Shown one piece after another: positions 1 through 12,768 of a stretch of DNA of 47,119 nt. The DNA is taken from the NCBI GenBank assembly GCA_002269645.1, contig NIVC01004398.1:1-47119 (forward strand), given 5' to 3'. Under the pieces are notes generated by a model, which did not search any database, was not told the origin of the DNA, and worked only from the letters and a program-made list of their open reading frames with translations. The stretch's first letter is position 1, and each line of letters opens with the position of its first letter. This DNA comes from Macrostomum lignano. Its lineage: Eukaryota. The position numbers and the translations under genes are program-made.

Positions 1-250
1 CGCCTTCTGCGATATTCCACAACCAGAGCTGAGGTTATTCTGCCCATTCCATTGATGCCGCTGGCTCACCACAGGGTTGTGCCGCTTATGATATTATCAT
101 TGACTCTACCATGGAGCAATGGAAATTGATTGAAAAGGCTGAACTGCAATATCTAGCTTGTACATGTACTTACGCCATAGCGTAAACCTTACAAAAGCGT
201 AAAGTCTGAGTCAAACCCTAAAATCAGAGTCCAAGCCTTTGTAGTCACAT

Positions 251-1935
251 TTAATGTTTGCACCAGCTAAGCTTTCTCCCGAAATTCGTGCAAGGTGGTC
301 TACGAATACCCGGATGGCGAGCCGTCGGCACCACTCGACCGGGCGTCGTCCTGAAAAGGCTAGTGGTCAGTGACGACCCGGAAACCAGACGAACCACTGA
401 GGTAGTGGCGGAAGCGCAGCAGCCGAATTTGACGGCGAGGGCTTCTCTTTCCGTCTGAGAATAGCGCGTCTCCACCGCTCACAGTGCGCGGCTTGCGTAG
501 GCGATCGGTCTCTGGCTGCTGTTGGCTCAGGATCGCTCCGAGTCCCGTTGGGCTGGCATCCACGATCACTTCTGTGCGTCTGCGCTTGTCAAAGAATGCA
601 AGTGAGCTGCTCGCGGACATCGAGTTCTTGATGGCGCTGAAAGCAGTCTCCTCAGCCGCTCCCAGGACCACGGCGCATCCTTTCTGGTCAGGTCTCGCAG
701 AGGCTTGGCCATGTCTGAAAGAGCTGAGATAAAGCGACTGACAAAAGCCACAAGGCCGAGAAAGGACCTCACTTCGGACGCGTTTTCGGTGCTCGGAAAG
801 CTTTCACAGCGCTCACCTTCTCGTCTGTCGGCTGGATGCCCTTCTCGGACAGGCGCATAGCGAGAAACTTGGCCTCCTTGACGGCGAACTTGCACTTTGT
901 AGGATTTAAGCTGATGTTGTGCTCTTCTAGCCTTTGCAATGTTGCCGCTAGCCGCTGGTTGTGCTCAATGATGGAGCTTGCATAGATGATAATGTCGTAA
1001 TGTACCCAGCGGACTCCTCGAAGCCCGCCGAGCACGCTGGTCATGACTCGTAGAATCTCAGACGCTGACGTAAAGCCCATGCACAGGCGCGTCAGTCTCA
1101 TGATACCCTTCGGATCCGGTGGAACGCCTTGTTGATGTCCAACTCGGGGAAGTACATGTAGCGCGCACCGGCCATTTCGTCAGTGACGTCTTCAAAAGTT
1201 GGTATGGGCTGTTTCTCGGCACTACGAACTTGTTCACATCTCGCAGATCTTGGGTAATGCGCACTTGGCCAGGCTGCGACTTCGGGACAACAACTATTCG
1301 TGCCACCCATTCGGACGGTCCGGCCGGTCACTTTCTCGATTATTTCAGCTTGCAGTTGATCGTCGAGCTCACGCTGCGCAGCCTCCCCAGATACACGGGG
1401 ATACGACTTAGCGATGGCACACCGGCACGGCTCCGTCTTGCAGGTGGATGCCGACTTCAGCGTCATTGACGCACGAAATTACCAAAATCGCTGCCTGAAG
1501 GTCTTGATCGGGGACTACGACTTTAAGTTTAAGTAGTCCCTGGTCTTGATTATGTTTGCTGAGGTGCTTGTGCTGCGGCATTGCCTGATCGTCTGCCTCC
1601 GTCGCTGTGGCCGCCAATGCAGCGCTGAGTGGCTCCTGGAGCTCACCAGAGTCTTTCTCTCAGATGACAGACGCTGGGGTTGCTTGGTCCGATGCGTAGG
1701 ATTCCTAGCTCCTCGCTGGTTTCGCGGCGCACGATCATCGTGCGGCCGTCTCCTTCTTGACGATGATGTAGCTAAAGCTGGGGCTGAACGGCGGTCCGGA
1801 GGGTGGCTTTGCCAAGAGTGGTGAGAGGTTCACTGAAGCCGAACGGGAAGACCCACTGCTTTGACTCGCGAAGGTAGTCTGCCGTGCCTCCGATGGCCTT
1901 GAATGTTTTTGAGTCCATTAGATTGCAGCTTAATA
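251..1935 (-). mobile_element. Ty3/Gypsy LTR retrotransposon pol fragment (partial protease, RT, RNase H), frameshifted and truncated at both ends
   Basis: Overlapping minus ORFs give protease tail (SCNLMDSKTF...PFGFSEPLTTLG), RT motifs (LDINKAFH, LCMGFTSASEI, VHYDIIIYA, KCKFA, EVRSFLGLV) and RNase H motifs (VDASPTGLGAILSQ, YSQTEREALAVKFG, FRVVTDH). No gag, integrase or LTR seen. Confidence 0.9.
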
Positions 1936-1942
1936 ATAAATT

Positions 1943-4044
1943 GGCAGTTGTTATTGTTACAGTGATCGTATAAATAACAAAACTGTTAGGCCCAATTTTT
2001 ACGGTTAACGCATAAGACACTATGCGGGCCTATGGTCTTTACTTAATGTAACCGTATAAATAGTGTAAAAGGTGTCTAAATCGCCGGTTTTACGACGTCG
2101 TTAGTAAATGTGCTTTACTACTCCCAACGTTGGAACACCAATTGTAAAAGATTCGAACTTCTAGCGACTTCACGATGTTAATTATGAATTTAGCTGCGAA
2201 CTGACTATCGACGCTAAACTGGCTACTGCTGGCTAGTAGTCTACAGCGAACATAAAAACCTAGCGAGGAACTCAGACGGGCCTCTTGGCGCGAGTGACCT
2301 ATAATTTCATATGGGCCTCTTGGTTGCGGAAATAGAACTTCTCCTATGGGCCTCTTGGTTACTAGCGTCTTTGTTCTCCGGTAGACTCTGACTCACTGGC
2401 ACTTTAAGACTACTATGACTCAGCGTCTGACCTAGTCCAGATGGGTCTCTTGGTATCGAACTCTTAGTGAGCAGAGTGATTATTCCCTCTATTCCCGAGC
2501 GACAAGAGTTCTCGAATACTCCTAACTTATGGTAGCTTTCAGATATGTGGCCTAAGGCAATACTGCTTATCTTGCATCAGCCGAAGAGCGGTACCCTGAG
2601 ATGGTCTGATAGAGTAATGCCACTAATTTCTTGATAAATTACGTTCCCCAATGTATCGATATTCAGTTTCAATCCCAAAACTATTATTGTCACGAAAGGT
2701 AGGTCGCTGCCACCAATCGAAGCTATGATTAAATTGACTGAGACAAAAACCGCTATCAAAGAAGATTTGAATATTAGAGCTAACACTCAAGCTGGATAAA
2801 TAGAACTTAATGAACTTGGCAATTGTAATAATAATTATTAAACGATAAGTTAGCAAGTTGGAAACTAACGCAACAGCAAACAATAATAATCAAACTTAAC
2901 AATAATAATTAATAAAACACAAATATAAGCTCGGCCTCCTGTGTCCTTACTAACACAGTATGTTAGAGCTAAGATTTAGTTTGCTAAGCTAACTATAAGT
3001 ACTTACCCGCATAGCAAAATTACGTATCCAATAGAAAGTGACGTCTCCGATACGCAACTTTTTTGGTTGCAGGAACGTCCTTGATACGTATCCAATTTTT
3101 ATGATCCTCTAAAGAAGCTACAAGAAGCTACAAAATGGTGGAATAAGTAATCAATAAAATTACAAGCAGTATCTGTTCACCATTTTTGTAGAAACGAGCT
3201 TCTTTAGAGGATCATAAAAATTGGATACGTATCAAGGACGTTCCTGCAACCAAAAAAGTTGCGTATCGGAGACGTCCCACTTTCTATTGGATACGTAATT
3301 TTGCTATGCGGGTTAGGAGCAGCGCTCAACCAAGACTTGACATTTACTAATAACTAGCCATGAACTATTAGATTAACAGGCAAACTGGGCCGATCTTACA
3401 AGTCAATAACTATCGGGAGCACACAGTCCGGGCTAAGTTGCAACTCAGGCCAGAGCAAAGGGCCAACGGCAAAAACAAACGAGCCCGATTCGAAATGGTG
3501 CGCACGGTATTTATATACTTGCAGAATGAGTGCATTAAAACAACTGGTGGGCCTCCTGGCACAAAATACGTTAACCTAATCGTTTTCGCATGTGCAAGAG
3601 CTTTCAGTGAATTAATAGCGCACGTTAGTAACACCCTTTGAGTCAGTGAACTGTTAGTAATAAATATTCGTAATTAATAACTTCACGTAATAACGACAAC
3701 TTTCTATTAGCCCTGTCACAATAGAAAAACTGTTATTTTTACGGTTACCGTAGGTAGGAAGCAAAATGGCTATTTTTATGGTCATGTGGAAGAAATTTCT
3801 GTTAAATTACAAGGTAATAGTAGGCCCTAACAATTACCTAAAGTGAGCTACTATGACAAGAACCACTAGAAGTTACCATGGTATTTATTAATAAAACATT
3901 TCTTATTTTTTTAAATTTAACCATCATAGTATTTGCACAGCAAGTTCGTCACTTCATTTAGATGGTATTTGTTTTAAGGTGTTAACCATAAAAATAACCG
4001 TCTTGCTATTTATAAATACGGTCACCGTAATAATAACAACTGCC
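1943..4044. mobile_element. Putative non-autonomous DNA transposon bounded by ~75 bp degenerate inverted repeats
   Basis: 1943-2020 (ggcagttgttattgttacagtgatcgt...tttttacggttaac) matches the reverse complement of ~3975-4044 (ggcagttgttattattacggtgaccgt...tttttatggttaac). The left end coincides with the Gypsy break. No clear TSD. Confidence 0.55.
3006..3312. mobile_element. MITE, 307 bp, ~115 bp near-perfect TIRs, TTA target-site duplication (PIF/Harbinger-type TSD)
   Basis: Arms 3006-3119 and 3197-3312 are reverse complements apart from a 2-nt indel; tta at 3003-3005 and 3313-3315. Confidence 0.8.
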
Positions 4045-5399
4045 TTTAAAATTATTCCATAGCTGCCACCAAAGTTGTCATAGCTAGAGCTGCCTTTTTT
4101 AATCTAACAGTTTAAACCGAAGTTGTTATAATGCCTATACCTCTATCCTATTATAAAGCCATCAAGTTGCAACATGCATTTTGCTTCTTTTTTTAATTTG
4201 ATCTTTTTGCTAATAGTAGGGCCTAGGGGCCTAATACCAAGCTTTTGTAGGATAATTGTGGTAGTATCTTATTATCTTAATATAAATCTTGTAGGCCTGA
4301 ATGGTTTTACTAATACATGTATTATTCAGAATCTAGGCATTACTTGGATTAGAAAATCAATATTAGAATATGGCTTTGTATAAGCTCACAATCCTTCTCT
4401 TAGCAAATTTCTTTTAACTCCTTTTTAGATTCTTTACTGCAAATAAGCAACACTTGTAAGTCTTAGAATGAATTTAGCAAACTTTAATATAAGTTAACAA
4501 TTTAGCAAGTTACAAGGTTCAAAGTTGGTCTTCTTTCCCTAAAATTGGCTCATATTTATATTAGCAAAGTTTGTGTATATTTTGCATTATAAAGTATTAT
4601 ATTTTGAACTAATTTACAAGTAAAACTCCTAGAAATATAAAAACACTTTTAAGAAAAAACACTGGGGGTAATACATTAGCAACAATAGTAGTAGATGATT
4701 AACTTCAGTTAGGATGGTTTTTTGCAGTTTGTACAAAAAAATAATTTGTTTGTTTGTATGCCAAATAATGCTAGCCTACACAAATTAATATATTGCGTAG
4801 ATATAGGATTATAGCATAAACCAAATAGACACAAACATATATATAAATGCAAAACAAAAAACATTTAGAAGTTAATTTTGAGAGCATTAGTTTCTTATTT
4901 GAAATCATTATTGACAAAAAACACTCACCGAGCCGAAAGGCCAAAAAAATATATCTGTTGCTAACAAAAAATTCATGGTTCGCCTACAAAGGCATTTGAT
5001 TTCTCCAGTTGATTTCTGCATTTAATACATGCCATTAAATTGTTAAATTGTTATTAAATTCTATTTAATACAATTTGGGTAACAAGCTTAGCTTGCTTTT
5101 AATAATTAAACAAAGGATATTCTACAATACTACTATTGTGCTAATGAACAGTAGTACATTAAGGACATACCAGGCACTTGCCATAGTCTAGTTACTTTTT
5201 ATAGCAGTATACTATTTGTAGCAGTGTATTTTAAGTGTAAATTGTTATGTTATTATTTTTATTGTAGTGTTTATTAATACATAATTTGTAAATAAAGATT
5301 GGTTGGTTCTATATGATCACATGACTTTTATTTAATCAGTTTGTTAATTGAAATTAATTAGTGTTTACTATACATTGTCCCTCAAAATCATTTTTGCAG

Positions 5400-8090
5400 C
5401 TTTTTTCAATGCTTTAGCAGCAAGTTCATCTTGTATTTTAAGCTTCCGCTTCAGTAGCTTGGCATTGTCCTTGATGGCCTTTGACTCGCTCTTCCAATGC
5501 CCTCATTTTTTCTGATATTCTTGCAGCATAGCTGAAGCTGCTCGTTTTTTAGCATCAATTTTTCATGCTCTTGACCCGTTTTTCTTCTTCGGCCTTCAGG
5601 TCTTGTTGTTTCTTTGTCAGCTCCAGCTCAGCAGCATTCTGCACCCCCATCTGCTTAGCGGCAAGCTGTGATGCTTTTATAGCAGCTTCATCTGCTTTTT
5701 GTTTCTGCAGAAACTCCATGTAGGCTGAACGAGCCTTTGCAGCCAACTGAAGAGAAACTTCCATCAATGGAAAGTTTTCGCAGGTTGTTGGCTCAGTACC
5801 TTTATGTCCTGATTGTCGGATATAGTGACAAACAAAGAGGCATGCGTCAATTGACAACCCCAAGTTTGTTGCATTTTTTGTGAGCAAGTCTAATAGCTTA
5901 CTAAAGATGCGCTCAGCAGCTGCATTGCCAGGATGAATACTTAAAGCGCCTAAAGCCAGTTGGCTTAGTATAGCATATTTTTTTGCTACCAAGCTCTAGC
6001 TCTGCCACTTGAAGCCAAAATGTGGCTATATCATTGTCCTTGGCAAAACTTACAACTTGTTGGTTGACAAGAAAACAACGCCACTCCGCTTCTATTTTTG
6101 ACACTGCTTCTGGAGTGTACACCATTAGTTTGGCTAAGTTGCAGGCAGCAGCATCTGATATAGCTATTGAGAGACCAACATTCGAAGGATACATAGGATC
6201 AATAAATTGCAATGTACACAAAACAGAATTTGCTAGCAGCAAATGTTCTTGCATATACAAGCCAAGATCACGATAGAATGAGTGGACATGCAAAAAGAAG
6301 TGCTTCTTCTGAGTTTCCGAGAAGCTCTGCAATGTTGCTTTAGCAGCTTCGCCAATGAAAATTAAATTATCAGGAAGGAAGAATCAAACTTCTAGTGACA
6401 AATTCTTCAGGTGTCTAGCATTGGCCTGAATATGCTCAAGATTCAGATGACAGTGTCTGTCGAAACAAATTGCGGACTTCTTTGTGCAGCAGATGAATGG
6501 AAATCTCTTCCCTCTGGAAGCTCTTCTCAAATTGATCCAGATTCCAGAAGAGGCAAGATAGCAGCCAAAAATTGCAGGTCAAGAAGTCTGCTTTTTTTTA
6601 AGATGCTCAGCAATATCCTTGGTTTTTTACTCTTGCTATCAATCAACAATGGATTCTTCAGAAAGAATTCTTGTAGAGCAGGATATAGCTCAAGAAGCCT
6701 GTTAACTACTGGCAATAGCTGCACCCATCTGGTTTCAACACGCCGTAGCAGGCGATGATGAGCTACTTCAAGTAGCTCTTGAACATGCTTGTACCGTGTC
6801 CACCTTTGTGCTGTTTGAAAATAGGAGTAAACATTATCTGCAAAATTCTCAACATCTCCACCAAGGGTGTCAATGCATGTTGCACTGCATTGGATACAAT
6901 GTGCAGACTGCATGGCCCTATGGAAACAAGGTGCAAAGCAGAGTCACACATTACTTTTTGGAAGCCATTGTACTTCCCAACCATAACTGCTGGTCCATCA
7001 GTTAATACTCACACAGTTCTTCAAGGGGATGTTGAACTCTTTGAGGACCTTCAAAACTTTGTCCTTCAAGGCAGCGGCTGAGCAGTCAGAAACTTTGACA
7101 GTTTTTAAGGCTGTGGTGCATAGCCTATGTTTCTTGGATGAGACAAAGGATATTGCCACTGCCAGATGTTTTCGTGGGCCATCTGATGACTCATCAATGC
7201 TAAGCGAAAAAAGTCGGCAACCAGAGTTGAGGTCTTGAATTAACTCCTGGGGCATTACTGGTGCAAGGCTATGATTAACGAGATAGCACAGCTTTGTGCG
7301 ACGGCGCTTCATGTCTTTAGCAATCTTTCTGTCTGTAAATATAGCAGGGTACACACCCGAGTGATCCGCTACATTGTAGGCAATATTGTGCTCTACAAAA
7401 TGCAGTCCTAGTTGCAGCTCCGCCTGCAGCACCTCTTTATCTGCCGTCTTTGTTGCAGCAAATGATGACAAGCCATTGCCAGCTTTGGAAGAAAAAAACT
7501 GCTCAATTCCTGTCATCTTTGGAACTGGCAATCGGTTCAAATGTTTTTTTCCCTTGGCGTGAGCTGTGAAAGCACCAAAGCCACTCGTGCCGAGATGAAA
7601 AAACTGTCATATATTGTGCAGTGGCCTCGCAGTTGATTGCTAGGATCTGGTTCCAGCCAGTCTCCAATAAGTTTACCATCAATGTGCTTAAGCAGCCATT
7701 TGGGTCGAAATTCAGTAGCACAAGGCTTGCTTAGAGACATTTTAGGTTCTAGTTTTCTAAAATAAAAATAAAAGAAATAATTGTTATCGATGTCTACTGG
7801 ACTACAGTCTGCTGGAGTGAGACTGGAAGAGAGCTAGGAGGGTGAATTGTGCAAAGGTAAAGCTAAAGCCCAACAACTGATTGGCAAAAGTTTCATATTA
7901 TGTTATCCCTGTTATATTTTTATTATCAATATGAATATAAATAATAATGCAGCACTAAAAAATTGGAGTATAACATGAGAGCAAATTCAGAAATGAAAAA
8001 TTTGCGCAAAGTATGAAAATCCCCTTGATTTTCCGCAGGTCTACTTAAAATTTCCTCACTGCGGAAATTCCGCAGCTAGTGAGAAGACTA
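5400..8090 (-). mobile_element. Decayed hAT-superfamily DNA transposon (frameshifted transposase)
   Basis: Minus ORFs 7537-7740, 6998-7540, 6763-6984, 6527-6913, 5913-6332 and 5555-5992 give an N-terminal zinc finger (CTI[Y]...HAKGKKH across a frameshift), FSLSIDESSD (first catalytic D), GPCSLHIVSNA (CxxH), LRRVETRW and the C-terminal NAAAERIFS motif. Probable 5' end TAGTCTTCTCACTAG at 8090; the other TIR was not identified. Confidence 0.85.
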
Positions 8091-8651
8091 TAGGTATACT
8101 ATAGCGGCCGCCGCTATAGTATACCTATATACCAGATGACATATACTAAACATTTCTCTGTCAAAGGCTAGGTACCATGCCCCATATTTCACAAGTGCTA
8201 TTATATAAAAAATGCCACTAGGTTGCCTTGAAAGTGCATAAACAATTGTCTACCATACCATTTATCAACTTTTTTCTTATAGATATAAGAGTGGCAATCC
8301 TAGAATAGGCCTAGCTATTATAAACAAGGTCATGAGAAGGTCAGAATGAAACCTTGAAAATAGTTATCTATTTTATCCTGAAGTTCATATTGTATCATTT
8401 ATCTTTTAATTATTATAAGCTCTAATTATAATAGCTTGACTCCCCAACATTAGTGATTATTTATTAATCAAGCATTTTTGACTGATGCTAGCTGTCAAGT
8501 CTCAATATCCATAGCTACTATGGAACTTTAGTAATTTTTGACAATTAGTCCTGTAATATATTAAGCTATATGACCTATTTATTAATTTGTATTCATGTTT
8601 GCATTCGAGTAATCTACATTTCGTGCTAATTAATCTCACGGGCAAAGCGCA

Positions 8652-9410
8652 ATGGCTCAAGAGGAAATCGTTGCCCACAATGCTGCATCGCCAAATTCAT
8701 CCAACACTGAAGATGCTGCTGCCGAGCTAGAATTAGCTACACCCGCCGCTATTAGCCAACTTCTAGCAGTGCTGGCCAGTCGTCGAGAGCTTCTTGACGC
8801 TGACACGTCGGCAGTGGAAACGGCTATTCAGTGTGCGGATTCGTTAGAGGCCAGAGCCAACAGCGCCCTGGCGTCAGCTAGCTGTGACACAGTCAGCCGG
8901 CTGAATAGTCTATCAGCTGAGCTGGTCTCAACCATTGAAGCTCGGGTAGCTGCCAGCTTAGAGAATCGCTGCCTATCTGAACGAGTTGACGCGCTGAGTT
9001 CGCACTGTCGGCACCTTGTCGAACTGCGCGATCGACTGGCTGCCGCAGTTGATAGCGACACCTCCGATGAGGATGTCGAATTAAAGAGGCTGGAAGCACT
9101 GGTTGCCGCCTATACTAAACGGCTAGGCTTGGATATAAGATTTTTACGCAATAATCGACTGCAGATTGTCATTTATCTGACAGATTTGACATTCGGATTA
9201 GTGCTGAGCGGCTACGGCAGCGGCGGCCCGCTTAGCGTTGAGTCGAGCAACTTTTTCCCGGAATTCGTGTCCGAACGCCTGCCGCTCCTGATGCAGCGGT
9301 TGAACTCTTCCAGTGACGGAAGCGTCGGTGGGCCCGACTGGCGCAGCTTTCTGCCAGCACTGCGCCAGTCGCTGGTTGTATTTGTAGCTGCTTGTCGCGA
9401 TGCTAAGTGA
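8652..9410 (+). CDS. SPC25: Kinetochore Ndc80-complex subunit SPC25-like protein (252 aa, single exon)
   Basis: N-terminal coiled coil followed by LGLDIRFLRNNRLQIVI ... WRSFLPALRQSL, resembling the recalled Spc25 RWD domain ends (LGLEIRK...LQFIF ... FSAFLANVRKAF). Intact GC-rich ORF. Confidence 0.6.
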   Translation: MAQEEIVAHNAASPNSSNTEDAAAELELATPAAISQLLAVLASRRELLDADTSAVETAIQCADSLEARANSALASASCDTVSRLNSLSAELVSTIEARVAASLENRCLSERVDALSSHCRHLVELRDRLAAAVDSDTSDEDVELKRLEALVAAYTKRLGLDIRFLRNNRLQIVIYLTDLTFGLVLSGYGSGGPLSVESSNFFPEFVSERLPLLMQRLNSSSDGSVGGPDWRSFLPALRQSLVVFVAACRDAK

Positions 9411-9505
9411 CGTTTGATTTGGTTTGGAGACGTTTTCATTTTCGGAGACGTTTCAAAGCGTGGCAATACTGTACGGAAGCACGCACTCCTACACACACTC
9501 ACACA

Positions 9506-9830
9506 GGGTGTACAGCGACCCTCGACCCGCGAGAGCGTCGGACTCACGACTTGAAGGTCGGGGGTTCGATTCCCAATCCCACACAGGAACAATTTGTGTC
9601 CTTGAGCAAGACACTTAGCTCTGCATTGCTTCAGTTCACCCAGCTGTAAAATGGGTGCCAGCATTAGCTGGGGTGATTGAGGATGTGTGGCGCCCCCCCC
9701 CCCTCAGTCCTTGGACTGAACAGCCGTACGCAGCCTTCAAATGCGCCGCGCAATAGCTGCGGCTGAGCTGTCGGTTGCACATCTGCTTAATTGGGGCTCA
9801 ATTGTAATCAATTATTATTATTATTATTAT
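9506..9830 (+). mobile_element. tRNA-derived SINE with CORE-like body and (ATT)n tail
   Basis: B box GGTTCGATTCC at 9563-9573; 9595-9655 tgtgtccttgagcaagacacttag...cagctgtaaaatggg resembles the MIR/CORE motif; (att)n at 9811-9830. Confidence 0.8.
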
Positions 9831-10679
9831 ATAAGCGTGTGCATGAGTGCGGGCCTGCGTATAGTATTGGCGCGCTTTTCATGTGCTCAGTAGTCAGCGG
9901 AGTGGGCATGAATGCTTGCCTCCTCGCTGATAAGGTGAAAAGGTGGTAGTAATTAGTGAAACGTTGATTAATTGACTTAGATTTTTAACTGTGTGTGTGG
10001 GGAGGTAAAATTTAGAATCATCAGCAAATCTATGTGCATTTTTGCAATTCAAGCAAAAATAAAATTATCTAGTTAGCGGTCAACAGTCATAGAAAATAAA
10101 GGTTGTAAAATTCCTTCTTACTTACTATCAGTAGGAGCAATTGAAAATATTGTTTAAATTACTAACTGTTGTCTTAGTCTGGTCTGGAAACTTGATCCTC
10201 CTGATCAGGGTAGCGTAACATCAATTTTTAAGCACGACTTCAGTAAATAAAACAAGTTAGAACTGAAGATTGTGCTATTGTTCTTAAACTGACATTAGTG
10301 GGTGCATTTGCAACTATTATTCTGTCAACCATCGTATGTCTGCATTATTTTTATGTCCAATATGTTATTCGAAAGCATTATTTTTCATTTTTCATTTTGT
10401 AATTAGTTATCACTGATAAGGTGCTTAATTATTTTTCCTTTTTATTGTTTACTAATTATATTTTAAATTGTAAGTATAAATATATAACCTAAGTATTCGC
10501 CTTGCTGGTTTTTATTTCTTTACAGGCGTTTAATTACCTGCAGAGCCTTACTGCCATAAGTATTGAATCCAACAAACTTATTTATCTGATGTGTTATTTA
10601 TTTATTTGTTTGGGACTTTAGATGATTTTTTTAAATAAATTGTGAACACAGAACAACCCTAAACTTTCGTCCATAGATC

Positions 10680-11260
10680 ACTTGCTTTGCCACCCAATGG
10701 ATCTTTAGATCTCTTGGTTTGCGATCCAATGGATCTGTAGATTACTAGGTTTGCTACCCAATGGATCTTTAGATCTCTTGGTTTGCGATCCAATGTATCT
10801 GTAGATTACTAGGTTTGCCACCCAATGGATCTTTAGATCTCTTGGTTTGCGATCCAATGTATCTGTAGATTACTAGGTTTGCCACCCAATGGATCTTTAG
10901 ATCTCTTGGTTTGCGATCCAATGTATCTGTAGATTACTAGGTTTGCCACCCAATGGATCTTTAGATCTCTTGGTTTGCGATCCAATGTATCTGTAGATTA
11001 CTAGGTTTGCCACCCAATGGATCTTTAGATCTCTTGGTTTGCGATCCAATGTATCTGTAGATTACTAGGTTTGCCACCCAATGGATCTTTAGATCTCTTG
11101 GTTTGCGATCCAATGTATCTGTAGATTACTAGGTTTGCCACCCAATGGATCTTTAGATCTCTTGGTTTGCGATCCAATGTATCTGTAGATTACTAGGTTT
11201 GCCACCCAATGGATCTTTAGATCTCTTGGTTTGCGATCCAATGAATCTATAGATCACTTG
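10680..11260. repeat. 64-bp minisatellite made of two related 32-bp subunits (~9 copies)
   Basis: Unit ttgccacccaatggatctttagatctcttggt + ttgcgatccaatgtatctgtagattactaggt; gtagattact recurs at 10801 and 10865. Confidence 0.95.
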
Positions 11261-12289
11261 GTTTGATATTTATTAGATCTATAGATTAACTGATTTGTAA
11301 TTTAATAGATCTATAGACCAGTGGTTTTGCGATCCAGTATCGATCTACAGATCATTTTAAGTTACAATATAATAAATCTATAGATCCCTAGACTCGTGTC
11401 TATACATGCAGATCAGTTTATGCTCTGTTCTAGACAACTTTTAGTAGATCATCAGCTAGATATAAATGCAATCTACAGACAATACAGATTTTGTATAGAT
11501 CATCTATATCTCTACTATTTAAATCTTGATCACCCACAGGCAAACCATGCTTATTAGGAGAAAAGCATTAAGTATATACGATATATAAACCTTTTCAGAC
11601 GCAAAAGAATGCTTCAATTAAATGCAAATTAGCCTTCTCAAGTTCTCAGTGTTTATATAGAATTCAGACTAGGCCAAGTCAACTGCGGGGCCTCTATGCA
11701 ACTAAGGTTTTTTATATTTCTTAATTGTCTAAAACTCGGAGTAGAGATTCCAGCAGGTTGTTTGTCTTTTAGATTCGCATACAGAGGGGTCCCTGGGCTG
11801 TAGAAATGCAAACCAGACCAGCAAGATGACATACCTGTGGTAGAATTGCGGGCTTGCAGGCACGCGCGATTATAAACCCCCCCCCCTGCCTTCCTCCGGG
11901 CCGAAACTTTTGTGTTGGCCTGGCAAATGTCATGCGCTGCAGATGCACACTTGATGAGAGAACAGCTATATCGAATGAGGAGAGAGGCGTCTGGACTTGT
12001 ACACACAGAGGAAAGAGAGACTAGAGGGACCTTATTTATTATTGCACTGGTCATGCAGCAGAACTTGTGTGTAGTGTAGGTTTACATCATTCATCAGAAA
12101 ACTGACCAAGCTGTGTTCAAATTGTTTTTATATAGATTTACTATATTCGTATATTACTGCTAATTATTGACTTATTCATGTGACTGGTAAGCAGTTTGCT
12201 AGCGATTTTTAATTTGGGTAATGCACTATATACATTGAAGACTGGAAAGGATATTGAGGCTTAGAGAATAAATCATTCTGTTATAAAAT

Positions 12290-12643
12290 ATGAGAGAGGC
12301 ATGGAGAGAGGGGGAGAAGAGAGGCATGGAGAGAGGGGGGAGAAGAGAGGGATGGAGAGAGGGGAGAAGAGAGGCATTGAGAGGGGAGAAGAGAGGCATT
12401 GAGAGGGGAGAAGAGAGGCATTGAGAGGGGAGAAGAGAGGCATTGAGAGGGGAGAAGGAGGTATTGAGAGGGGAGAAGAGAGACATTGAGAGGGGAGAAG
12501 AGAGGCATTGAGAGGGGAGAAGGAGGCATTGAGAGGGGAGAAGAGAGACATTGAGAGGGGAGAAGGAGGCATTGAGAGGGGAGAAGAGAGGCATTGAGAG
12601 GGGAGAAGAGAGACATTGAGAGGGGAGAAGGAGGCATTGAGAG
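12290..12643. repeat. Purine-rich 21-22 bp minisatellite (gagaggcattgagaggggagaa)n
   Basis: Directly visible tandem array. Confidence 0.95.
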
Positions 12644-12768
12644 GGTGATAAATACAATCGAACCAGTTGAGCAGTTTAGCATGATAAAATCATAAAAGTC
12701 CCTGCCAGTCATGATAGAAATTGAGCAATCTCGCAGTCACCCAGGTGCACACAGCAGTACAGCAACCG

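Noticed and set aside
2276-2455. CRISPR array
   Set aside because: Repeat of 13-15 bp with three to four copies, eukaryotic context, no cas genes.
4380-4600. Left TIR of the hAT element
   Set aside because: Only patchy similarity to TAGTCTTCTCACTAG and no matching 8-bp TSD.
9530-9580. tRNA gene
   Set aside because: B box present but no complete cloverleaf or A box; it continues into a SINE body.
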